A DNA stretch of 27,264 nucleotides. Origin: a virus (lineage: Duplodnaviria > Caudoviricetes). Positions 16,453-25,242 of the stretch are shown one piece after another. The notes under the pieces were generated by a model. That model was not told the DNA's origin. It worked only from the letters and a program-made list of their open reading frames with translations, and searched no databases. The translations under genes were made by a program, and so were the position numbers. Each line of letters begins with the position of its first letter. Positions within the stretch are counted from its first letter, which is position 1. The stretch covers positions 1-27,264 of IMG/VR virus record IMGVR_UViG_3300021121_000027; one strand, written 5' to 3'.

Positions 16453-19400
16453 CTATAAGTTTCTGTTTGACAATTGGTAACCCAAATATAATCCCGACAA
16501 ATATACTAAATTAGTGGCACTATTAGAAAATTTTGTCTCTAGCCAAGTGCCTTTAAGGTAATCTCCGTTAATAATACCGCCTAAACTATTATTATCTCTT
16601 TGCAATGCCGCATGATACAATCCTTCGTGAATCTCATAATCAGATTGAACCAAATTACTTTGTTGACCTAAGGTTGTATTCACATCACCCATAGTAGGAG
16701 ATGTCCAATAATCTGTAGCATCTAAGGTTAAATAGTCAAAGGTCTTCTTAAGTATGTTATCCTTATTAAACACAAGTGTTATACTTGAACTGTATTGAGT
16801 GCCGTAAAAATTATTTTGGGTGCTAGAATCATGAATGTATAATTGACCATTCTTAAAGCTAGCAAGCTTATTTTCAAAGTTTAAAATAGCCTCTGGGTTA
16901 AAACTATAAAAACTTGTATAGGCATTCTTAATCTCATTAAAAGCCAAGGTGTATCCTGTAAGTCCTGTTCCTGGCTGTAATACTGATATAAACTCGCCAT
17001 CCCTATCTTTTGAGAAATAAAATACCCCTAAAATCTTAGCTGAACCTCCTGTAGAGTAAGCATGAGATGAAAGATAGTTTGGCAAATTATTCCCTGCAAA
17101 TGTTTGCATTTTATACAATTCACTAATAGGTGTTATACCGTCCTGAGAAAGTCTTACAAAATAGCCCTTAACAGGGTCAGCAAAGTAATCAGCATATCCG
17201 GAGGTAGCCAAGCTAGTTGGTTGATTACCAATGCCAAAGTCACCTTCATAGTATCTAATTTGGTTTATTATTTTAGAAGAAGCAACCAAGTTATTAGTTC
17301 CATCTTGGTTTAAGGTCTCCACAGAAAACACAGGAGCTACCCCACACTTCTTATATTGGAATATTCTTAAATCTCTGTTATGAAGCTTCATTCTAACAAT
17401 ATCCCCAAACTTTTTATCATAAGTATCTGAGTCTAGATAATAGAATCTATTTGTTCCATTAATACTTGTTCCTTGCTGATATGCCTGAGAATATCTAACC
17501 AAGGTAGAATAATAAGCTTGCTTAGCATTAATATCTACAACCAATGGTCTTGAATTAGAATTAGTTTGTAGATTAAACACATCGCTAAATGATGGGTCAT
17601 CTACAACTATATTAATATTATTTAATGGAGTTATTTCAATATTAAATGGAGCTACATGCAAGGCGTTTGAGGTATAGTCATTTGTAAATATTAAAGAAGC
17701 TCTACATCCTGCAGGAACCTTTACAATAGCATCTACATTAATATCAACATTGACATATGGATTGCTATTAGATTGTGGCTGAGGAATGACAACAGGATTT
17801 AATATTTTAGTAAGAGAGTAGTTTGTTGCACTACCATTACTTGCATAAACCTTTACATATATTGATAATGAACCTGTTTTACCTGCATTAATATCATTGT
17901 TAAATGCAGTAAATGAAAACTTGAATCTAACATTGTAATCAACGGCAGACAAATTACTATAGTTATAATAAGCATCAGCTGAACTAGGGAATTGGTTATA
18001 AGCCAAACTAGATACAGTTTGATTGGTACTATGACCTATTATATAGTTTGTTGTTGTTACATCTTGAGATGAGTCACCAATCTTAGGTGTAGCATATTGC
18101 ACCGCATATTGGTCGATACCCTGAGCTGTAATTAATTTTGGAGGAGTAACCAATACGTTTCTATTTCTATAAAACACATCACCATCGCTAAAGTATAATA
18201 TAGCTGATTGAGATGATGTTTGATTTTGATAGTTACCACCATGGTAACCATTTACTACAGGATACTTTTGACCAAACTCAAAATATGTTTGTTCATTAGA
18301 TGATGTAGTTAATGCTGGATTATATATAAATATTTCGTAATTCTGATAGTCAGGCGTTCCATCGAAAGCAATACCACTTCCTATATCTGATGTAGGGTAA
18401 GCTATTTTTAAATAAGAACCTTCCTTAACAACACCAGTCATAACTGGATTTGATTCTAAACTTATGATTGGATAATCGTAATTACTTCCTGCAACATCTA
18501 AGCCAACCGCTCCTGTAGATGTATATCTCTTCATGAATTTAACTCTATCTCCAGGCGCAAATGTATACCCAATGACACCCTCTGTAGCCTTAATAGATAA
18601 ATTGTAATCATAGATATTATCTATTCTTATATATGCATACTTCTGATTTACAGATACATCTTTGTCTGAGAATGCCCCACTAGATACCCAGTACAAAGCT
18701 TTGTCTCCGTAAGTCAAATTATTTGTTCTAACAATCTGATAATATTTAGCCCAACTTGGTGGGGTATTATTTATTGTTAATTGTCTCCAAGTCAAAGCCT
18801 GATTAAAAGGATTTGCATAAGAGCCATAAGAGTTAGTTCCAATTTTTAATGCAGGTATTGTATTTACTCCATTTGTCTTACCATTAGCATCGTAATAAAC
18901 AATTCCATATTGATAAGAGGCATTTGTATATAAAGAATATATAACCTCCCAATTATTATTAGTTAAGGATGCAAAATTATATTCAGTATTAACTGAACTT
19001 AATAACACTCCTGTTTTTGTTATAGTTAAGAAATTACCACTAATTGATGTAGTAAATCCTTTTGCAATAGCCGCTGTTGATAATCCACCTAACAAATCAG
19101 CTATAACATTATCCGAAGCAGTATAAGTAAAAGATAGATTTGTATTTGAACCATCTGTAACATTAACATTAAATACTACCCCTCCTGCTGCGCTATCGTA
19201 AATAGATGCAAGAGTTCCTGAAGTGCTGCCAATAGTTCCATCGACAAATATTTTAATTGTATTAGTTCCTGTTTGTTCAGCGCCAAATAACAATCCATTT
19301 CTGCATGCAAATAAATGTAAAGAATCTGCAGTCTGAGCTATGGTAGCATTCAAAGGTACGTTTGCATATCCTTCAGTAATACCACCATAAATTAATGTAG

Positions 19401-20379
19401 AACCATTAAGCAACTCTTGAGCATTTGCTTTTTGAGGCGCATAATCAAACAACAATATTTGTTCAACCTTATCTACATAAGTATACACACCATTCTTATA
19501 GAAGTTGTAGTTGTATACATCATTACTATTAATACTCAAATCAGCCTTAACCAAAGAGGTAATCAAACTGTAATCACTTGTTGCACCATCTCTAGTCTCC
19601 CTAAATGCAAGTTCGATTTTTTTAACATTTACATCTCCTGTAGGGAAATATAAAGCTATGTAGTTGTTTAAATATTTAGCATTAGCTATTGAGCCATCGT
19701 TATTAGGCATGAATGGTAAAGGAACCTCGCTACCTGTACTCCATACACTCTTCTCATTATCATCATACACATAACGATAAATAAACTGAAATAAACCATT
19801 ATTTAGGTTATTAGTATTAGTTGTAGTGTCTGCTCCATAAGCTGCCTTAATTGGGCTGCTAGGTGGCATTTTGGCTACATCTAAATAACTTCTTTGAATT
19901 GAGGTATATGTTCCAGCTAAATATCTTTCTATGTTTATTTTTGTTGGTCTACCTATACTATCTATAAAGTATAAAATATTACCATCTGTATTAGTATCTC
20001 CGTATATAATATTTATAGATGTAATAGGACTTGTTGTAAATCCTAAAACATCACCTACAGTATTTGTTCCGCTTTGTATTAAAGTTTGGAATGTACCTGC
20101 TTGTGTATTATAAATATATATTCCGTGATTGTTATTTGAATTGTAATTTAAATAAAATATTCTATTATTCAAGGAATCATAATGAGTACCTATAGTTTGG
20201 TTAGTACCACTAGGTAGAGTATTGGACACAAGTCTATTTCCAGGCAGATTCTCTGCTCTCATATTAACTCCATTGCCTCTAAATATAATATTTAATGCAT
20301 CCTTGTGATGATGCGCAGGCAATATGTCGTTACTATCATCTGTATTTAAAACTCCACCAAATTGCTTTTGTTGAATCAT
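16453..20379 (-). CDS. Tail stabilisation/nozzle (muzzle) protein, P22 gp10-like as in crAss-like phages
   Basis: 1308 aa, beta-rich; GGVLNTDDS start, PTKINI, FQFIYRYVYDDNEKS, YQYGIVYYDANG, FGIGNQPTS, YTSFYSFNPE, FKNGQLYIHD, NNFYG motifs. Confidence 0.8.
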   Translation of the reverse strand: MIQQKQFGGVLNTDDSNDILPAHHHKDALNIIFRGNGVNMRAENLPGNRLVSNTLPSGTNQTIGTHYDSLNNRIFYLNYNSNNNHGIYIYNTQAGTFQTLIQSGTNTVGDVLGFTTSPITSINIIYGDTNTDGNILYFIDSIGRPTKINIERYLAGTYTSIQRSYLDVAKMPPSSPIKAAYGADTTTNTNNLNNGLFQFIYRYVYDDNEKSVWSTGSEVPLPFMPNNDGSIANAKYLNNYIALYFPTGDVNVKKIELAFRETRDGATSDYSLITSLVKADLSINSNDVYNYNFYKNGVYTYVDKVEQILLFDYAPQKANAQELLNGSTLIYGGITEGYANVPLNATIAQTADSLHLFACRNGLLFGAEQTGTNTIKIFVDGTIGSTSGTLASIYDSAAGGVVFNVNVTDGSNTNLSFTYTASDNVIADLLGGLSTAAIAKGFTTSISGNFLTITKTGVLLSSVNTEYNFASLTNNNWEVIYSLYTNASYQYGIVYYDANGKTNGVNTIPALKIGTNSYGSYANPFNQALTWRQLTINNTPPSWAKYYQIVRTNNLTYGDKALYWVSSGAFSDKDVSVNQKYAYIRIDNIYDYNLSIKATEGVIGYTFAPGDRVKFMKRYTSTGAVGLDVAGSNYDYPIISLESNPVMTGVVKEGSYLKIAYPTSDIGSGIAFDGTPDYQNYEIFIYNPALTTSSNEQTYFEFGQKYPVVNGYHGGNYQNQTSSQSAILYFSDGDVFYRNRNVLVTPPKLITAQGIDQYAVQYATPKIGDSSQDVTTTNYIIGHSTNQTVSSLAYNQFPSSADAYYNYSNLSAVDYNVRFKFSFTAFNNDINAGKTGSLSIYVKVYASNGSATNYSLTKILNPVVIPQPQSNSNPYVNVDINVDAIVKVPAGCRASLIFTNDYTSNALHVAPFNIEITPLNNINIVVDDPSFSDVFNLQTNSNSRPLVVDINAKQAYYSTLVRYSQAYQQGTSINGTNRFYYLDSDTYDKKFGDIVRMKLHNRDLRIFQYKKCGVAPVFSVETLNQDGTNNLVASSKIINQIRYYEGDFGIGNQPTSLATSGYADYFADPVKGYFVRLSQDGITPISELYKMQTFAGNNLPNYLSSHAYSTGGSAKILGVFYFSKDRDGEFISVLQPGTGLTGYTLAFNEIKNAYTSFYSFNPEAILNFENKLASFKNGQLYIHDSSTQNNFYGTQYSSSITLVFNKDNILKKTFDYLTLDATDYWTSPTMGDVNTTLGQQSNLVQSDYEIHEGLYHAALQRDNNSLGGIINGDYLKGTWLETKFSNSATNLVYLSGLYLGYQLSNRNL

Positions 20380-20381
20380 AA

Positions 20382-21149
20382 TTATCCTTTAACGCCATAT
20401 GTGGCTGCTTCTCTAATATATTGTTCAGCTACCTGTAATCTAAATGGTTTTAATCTCTTACGAGCTAACTTCTTTTGAGCATAATACTCTCTTTCTCTCA
20501 TAGTCTTTTCGCTGATGTTTACCAACTTTGTTGCTGGTAAAGACTGAATATCTTTCCATCTTAAATAAGATATAAGAGCCTCTTGACATCTAAAATCTAT
20601 TGTATAATCATCATCCATAATAGGACTAGATATGTATTCAAATACCACAGAAGGATAAGCAAACTGAGGGTCAAATATAACCACACCATTAGCTGAATCT
20701 AATCTGCACTCTCCTGCTTGTACAAGACCTGAGCCTACTCCAAAGTAATGCTCATAGTCCTCATCCCAATAACCAAACCAATAAGGATAGTTAGGTACAG
20801 TCATACCTGCACCAATCTGGCTAGCAGTATCAGCAAGTCTTGAAGGAGTTGTATCTCTATATCTTGTTAAAGACTCATTCACCTTTAGGGTAGCTACCTC
20901 ACCTGACTCATTGAATAAACCTACCCTAACATACTCTAAATAGTCATCAGGTATATTTGCTGTAAGGTTTGCATTAACAGGCAATACGGTAATCTTAGGA
21001 GTCCAAGATACATCCATACCAATTTCCTGAAGACCTCTGAAAGCCATAACCCAAAGTCTTCTAAAATCTTTTGTGGTAAGTCTTGCTTCATCAATATACA
21101 TATTGACTGCATCACTAAGCTTAATATTTTTTTCTAATTTGTTACTCAT
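20382..21149 (-). CDS. Tail tubular/ring structural protein
   Basis: 255 aa; AFRGLQEIGMD, IPDDYLEYVRV, VVFEYIS and EALISYL motifs; position immediately before the stabilisation protein. Confidence 0.7.
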   Translation of the reverse strand: MSNKLEKNIKLSDAVNMYIDEARLTTKDFRRLWVMAFRGLQEIGMDVSWTPKITVLPVNANLTANIPDDYLEYVRVGLFNESGEVATLKVNESLTRYRDTTPSRLADTASQIGAGMTVPNYPYWFGYWDEDYEHYFGVGSGLVQAGECRLDSANGVVIFDPQFAYPSVVFEYISSPIMDDDYTIDFRCQEALISYLRWKDIQSLPATKLVNISEKTMREREYYAQKKLARKRLKPFRLQVAEQYIREAATYGVKG

Positions 21150-21154
21150 AATTT

Positions 21155-21784
21155 TTAGCTTTCAACGCCATCTGAAACGTGGTCTGATTTAATATTTTTA
21201 CGAGCTATAATTCTTTGCATAACTACATCAAATACCATTCCTATTGCATCAGGAGGTACATTAATAGGAGCATTCAAATTATTAGTTACATGTGTAGCCA
21301 TTCTTACGCTAACCTTTGTACCTGCAGGCAACAATGATTTAACCCACATGTATATTGTAGCACCCTCAACCCAGTAATAAGCTGCCTTAGGAGGATGTGG
21401 CATATTTCTAAAGTAATCTATTTCATTACCTGATACATAAAGCACAGGTCTGCTTTGACCCTTAAGTCCTGTAAAGAATACAGAATTAACCCCACTGCTA
21501 TTAGGCAGTCCTAATGGAGGATGAGGAAGTGACGCATAGTAATAACCTGTATCAGCATCTCTTGAAAAAGAGGTTATCTTGAAGGTAGTTAAATATCCAT
21601 CAGGTACTGATAATATCCCCTCAACAGCATAGGCATCATTAGCTTGCTTTGTGGCAACCTGAGCAACAGCATCGTTGATATGTAATAATAATTCGTTATC
21701 AGTTAATACCGCTGCATCATCTGGATAATCATTATAGTATTGACGTCTAACTCTGTCAATCATATTTTGAGTAGTAACAATCAT
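21155..21784 (-). CDS. Tail ring/adaptor structural protein
   Basis: 209 aa; helix-beta-helix layout similar to its neighbours (INVPPDAIGMV near the C-terminus); TAATG-coupled. Confidence 0.6.
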   Translation of the reverse strand: MIVTTQNMIDRVRRQYYNDYPDDAAVLTDNELLLHINDAVAQVATKQANDAYAVEGILSVPDGYLTTFKITSFSRDADTGYYYASLPHPPLGLPNSSGVNSVFFTGLKGQSRPVLYVSGNEIDYFRNMPHPPKAAYYWVEGATIYMWVKSLLPAGTKVSVRMATHVTNNLNAPINVPPDAIGMVFDVVMQRIIARKNIKSDHVSDGVES

Positions 21785-22473
21785 TATTCTCCTGTATTAA
21801 TAACTCCTTGCCCAAATTGGGTTAGAGTTGGTTCTTTAAATGAAACTCCAATTATTTTAGCTGCTCTAGCAACTAACTCATCTATGTCATTATCATTCCA
21901 TAATGGGTCAACACTTCCTGTTGGATTGTACACAGGTCTGCCATTACCATCTGTTGTGTAATTCCAAACAACATCTGTAGGAACAGTTAAATATTTAAGT
22001 GTAATATTTGTTAAGGTATTTGGATAGATTCTCCAATTTGTATTTTGTTCCACAAAGAACGCATTAGCCTCATTAACAGGGTCAATAGAATCCTGAATAC
22101 GCTCAGCAAATCTATTCTCCTCTAGTCTATAAACTCTGTAGATATTATCAGTGTACATACCAATCAACTTATTAAATCCTGTTGGCTTTGTACCTAATAA
22201 TACTCCTCCTGTTAATGTAAGACCTGAACCTATTGTTAATGAACCTGATTGCTCAAATGGCATCAATCTAGAAACAACATTATCTGTCATAGATAAACCT
22301 ACCCTTGGAGTTGGTCTGCCATACTGATATTGCTCAACCCTACCAACTAAAAAATCATAGTAATTTCTTTGGGCAGTATTAAAAGCGTTTTGAAAATCAG
22401 TAGGGCTTAAACTTCCTAGCTGATTCTTTCTAACAATAAATTTAAGTATGGAATATACCTTGTCGACAGTCAT
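21784..22473 (-). CDS. Head-tail adaptor/ring structural protein
   Basis: 229 aa; VDKVYSILKFIVRKNQLGSLSPTDFQNAFNTAQ start, IYP, YLTVPTDVVWNY and YNPTGSVD motifs typical of this Bacteroidota podophage gene. Confidence 0.72.
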   Translation of the reverse strand: MTVDKVYSILKFIVRKNQLGSLSPTDFQNAFNTAQRNYYDFLVGRVEQYQYGRPTPRVGLSMTDNVVSRLMPFEQSGSLTIGSGLTLTGGVLLGTKPTGFNKLIGMYTDNIYRVYRLEENRFAERIQDSIDPVNEANAFFVEQNTNWRIYPNTLTNITLKYLTVPTDVVWNYTTDGNGRPVYNPTGSVDPLWNDNDIDELVARAAKIIGVSFKEPTLTQFGQGVINTGE

Positions 22474-22504
22474 CGGAATATTTTACACAAATATAACAAA
22501 AATG
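22474..22504 (-). promoter_or_regulatory. Bacteroidota-type promoter (-7 box TATATTTG) for the tail genes
   Basis: Minus strand CATTTTTGTTATATTTGTGTAAAATATTCCG-ATG; near copy of 7189-7220. Confidence 0.75.
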
Positions 22505-22528
22505 GCCCACATAGAAATGCGGGCCGTT
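22498..22528 (-). terminator. Intrinsic terminator after the 303-aa gene
   Basis: GGCCCGCA-TTTCTA-TGTGGGCC-ATTTTT on the minus strand. Confidence 0.7.
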
Positions 22529-22555
22529 ACATCTAAAACTAAATCAACATGAGAA

Positions 22556-23467
22556 CTATAATTGCATTTTTAATGTACTAACAAATCCTGAACCCTCATC
22601 TGTAGAGGCAAATTCTGTTAGGGCATCTATTTCTTTTTGGTTAGCTGGTAAGGCAGTAATCATCTGCTTTGTAGCCACCCAATGAGCTTGATTCTTTACT
22701 AAACCTGTAGTAATGATACCTTTTTCTAATCCTTGCTCAACAAGGTATCTTAACTTCAATTTAGGGTTGTTTGCCATCAATAAAAACTTCTCTGGCTCAG
22801 CTAATGCTCTTGCCTTGTAGTCTTCTCTGATTGCGTCCATATCTCTTTCTTCTCCTGTGCTTGCATGTATAAAAGGGATGCCTAAGAACTTAGCGTGTGG
22901 TATCATATCATCCTCAGATGCTGAACGCGCTAAATCATAAGCTCTATCCTTTTTCTTTCCTAATTCTACTACATTATCATCATTGTTACCGTAATCTAAT
23001 AACATGTAGGTATTACTAATCATCTTAAACTTGTTTGTGTTTTTGCTACATTGATTATTCAATGTCAAGAACTGAACAAGTGGTTTGTTCCAAGATGGAA
23101 CTCTTAAGAATCCGTTATTAAACTGAATTACATTGGTTTGTTTGTTAATAACATTGTCTGCTAATGGGCCATGTACTTCTTGCTCATCAACAAAAATGCT
23201 CTTCATTCCGTCAATGTATCTGATTTCTCTTGGTTGGAAATCCGGCTCTTGCTCTGTACCGTAATTCCACAGAATAGTATCTGAGTTTGGAATTAAAAAG
23301 TTAGGAGGGAAAATGCTAGCCCCCTCGTGGTACTTTGGATGTTCCTTAATAAGTCTGAAGATGTACATCTCAGGCTCTTTCTTAGCTTTTTTCGCAGTTA
23401 TCTTCTTGCTTGAAGTTACTGGCGAATCTAATGTTGGTGCGCTTGCCAACTCAGTTGCTTTTGCCAT
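22556..23467 (-). CDS. Conserved phage protein encoded directly after the major capsid gene
   Basis: 303 aa; REIRYIDGMKSIFVDEQ...IQFNNGFLRV...LVQFL motifs recalled from the post-capsid gene of related Bacteroidota phages; own promoter and terminator. Confidence 0.65.
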   Translation of the reverse strand: MAKATELASAPTLDSPVTSSKKITAKKAKKEPEMYIFRLIKEHPKYHEGASIFPPNFLIPNSDTILWNYGTEQEPDFQPREIRYIDGMKSIFVDEQEVHGPLADNVINKQTNVIQFNNGFLRVPSWNKPLVQFLTLNNQCSKNTNKFKMISNTYMLLDYGNNDDNVVELGKKKDRAYDLARSASEDDMIPHAKFLGIPFIHASTGEERDMDAIREDYKARALAEPEKFLLMANNPKLKLRYLVEQGLEKGIITTGLVKNQAHWVATKQMITALPANQKEIDALTEFASTDEGSGFVSTLKMQL

Positions 23468-23481
23468 AGTTTATTTTTTTA

Positions 23482-23511
23482 CAAATTTAGGTAATAATAC
23501 TACCTAAACAA
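23482..23511 (-). promoter_or_regulatory. Promoter TTG-N19-TAAATTTG with an embedded inverted repeat (operator-like)
   Basis: TTG at 23511-23509, -7 box at 23489-23482; TTTAGGTA-N7-TACCTAAA at 23486-23508. Confidence 0.7.
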
Positions 23512-23538
23512 TAAAAATGCCAAACTTTTTTTTTGAAT

Positions 23539-23781
23539 CATAATGTCCCTTTTATGTCACAATTTTTGAAATATTTGTGCATTTTATGACACATTATGCA
23601 AGTTTTGTTACTTTTTTATATAAATATGTAACAAGTTGAATGATATTTAATTCATTATAACTCAATTTGTCTTTTATGAATGATAAGTCATACAAAAATA
23701 TCCCTAACTATATTACAATATTTGATAAAATTAACCCTAACTATGTTACAAGTTGCATGAAAATTTAGAAAAATTCATGCA
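23539..23781. repeat. Array of five different AT-rich dyad/direct-repeat cassettes
   Basis: CATAATGT...ACATTATG; TTGTTAC-N16-GTAACAA; TGAATGATA x2; CCCTAACTATRTTACAA x2; TGCATGAA-N12-TTCATGCA. Confidence 0.75.
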
Positions 23782-23792
23782 GATTTAAGTAT

Positions 23793-23820
23793 AAAAAAAG
23801 CCCCCCATTTCTGGAGGGCT
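23793..23820 (-). terminator. Intrinsic terminator after the major capsid gene
   Basis: AGCCCTCCA-GAAA-TGGGGGGCT followed by a T-run on the minus strand; GNRA tetraloop. Confidence 0.85.
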
Positions 23821-23840
23821 CTATATTCAATCTGTTAAGA

Positions 23841-25229
23841 TTAAACTCCTTGGAAGATTGCATATTGGTTAGCAGCAAATGTTCTAACACCTGGGTAAGA
23901 CAACATAGAGATGGTCTTTTGCGCAGTTGTAGTTTTGTTGCTTGGAGCCAACATACCAGTCTCAGTAGTCAAGACTCTTTGACCGTTAACCTCTTGGAAC
24001 ACGATTTGGAATGAAGGGAATTGCTTACCTGTTTTCGCATCGTTGTTAATCTTTTGAGGAATTAACACACCATAGTTTCTCTTCTCTGGAACTTGAGCAC
24101 CTGGGTTGATTTGGTATACAGCCTCAGGAGAGAATCCGTTGTTTAAGAAGAAGTGGAATGTGTAACCGTCAATAGAGAAGCTATTGAAACCGTAGCTTAC
24201 TGAAGCCTCTTCGTTTCCACCTACTGAAGCGTAACGGATAGCGCCATTGTTATACTTACCGAATAACAAATCGTTAACCGCTTGTCTTTGATAGATGTCT
24301 TGTAACCAATGGTACTCACCAGCACCACCGTAGAAGTTCAAAGTACGAGTTAATGTATGGATATCAGCGATTGCTGGACCAGCAGAAGCTGTATACTGAA
24401 TTGTAGAACCTGCAGCAGACACACGTGGTAAAACACCAGTTGTACCTACTGTACCGTTAGATAAGTTGTCGATAGCAACACCCTCTAACATCTTAAACCA
24501 AGCTTGGTTCATGTAACGCTTGTTCATGTCGTCCATAGCTAAGTAGTAGTAGTAGTGTTGTCCGTTACCGAAGTCAACCTCGTTTTTCTCGATGTCAGCA
24601 CGGTCAGTGATTGTGTAGTCATCACGGTGTTCAGTAGTTGTGTTAGTGATTTTATCCAATAATGGAGAAATACCATCTAATACAGTTGATTGCTCACCAA
24701 TGTTAACCGCACCTCTTAATAACAAGAATTCACCTGCTAATAAGTTAGCTGAACCTGCAGATACGAAAGCAGCTGTAGATTGTACTGGAGTGATTGTTGC
24801 AGTATGAGCGTTAGCTGTAGTCTTGTTGATTGCAGTAACCATACCCTCAATACCTGAAGTCATGATACGAACTACCTCACCTACACGGATTGGAGATTGA
24901 GTACCAGACGCATAATAAGAACCTGTACCTAAAGTTACTGTTACAGCAGCACCAGCAGCAGGAGCTGTAATTTGAGTGTTAACAGTTACTGATTGGTGTA
25001 AGCCTCTTTTTTCATAGTGGTAGAAACTTCTGTTGTCAGATTTTGCTTCCATTACTGAGTTACCTAAAGCCATTTGTACGATTGCATAGTTTTCTGAACC
25101 GTAGATACGAACCAAGTTCTTTTCAAAAGAACGGTCAAAAATGTTCAAGTTATTCAACAGGGTTCTGTTGGTAGCTGAACTCGCAATACCCGCAGGTGTA
25201 GGGGTAGTTGGGAAAGTGTTAGTAGCCAT
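23841..25229 (-). CDS. Major capsid protein
   Basis: 462 aa; follows portal and scaffold; RIYG...SD...YEKRGLH start, GFNSFSIDGYTF and GVLIP motifs; strong bias to C-ending and CGT codons; strong terminator downstream. Confidence 0.88.
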   Translation of the reverse strand: MATNTFPTTPTPAGIASSATNRTLLNNLNIFDRSFEKNLVRIYGSENYAIVQMALGNSVMEAKSDNRSFYHYEKRGLHQSVTVNTQITAPAAGAAVTVTLGTGSYYASGTQSPIRVGEVVRIMTSGIEGMVTAINKTTANAHTATITPVQSTAAFVSAGSANLLAGEFLLLRGAVNIGEQSTVLDGISPLLDKITNTTTEHRDDYTITDRADIEKNEVDFGNGQHYYYYLAMDDMNKRYMNQAWFKMLEGVAIDNLSNGTVGTTGVLPRVSAAGSTIQYTASAGPAIADIHTLTRTLNFYGGAGEYHWLQDIYQRQAVNDLLFGKYNNGAIRYASVGGNEEASVSYGFNSFSIDGYTFHFFLNNGFSPEAVYQINPGAQVPEKRNYGVLIPQKINNDAKTGKQFPSFQIVFQEVNGQRVLTTETGMLAPSNKTTTAQKTISMLSYPGVRTFAANQYAIFQGV

Positions 25230-25242
25230 TTTTTATTATAGT

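Noticed and set aside
23539-23781. CRISPR array interpretation of the cassette array
   Set aside because: No constant 23-47 bp repeat; the only shared junction is 6 bp and unit lengths vary.
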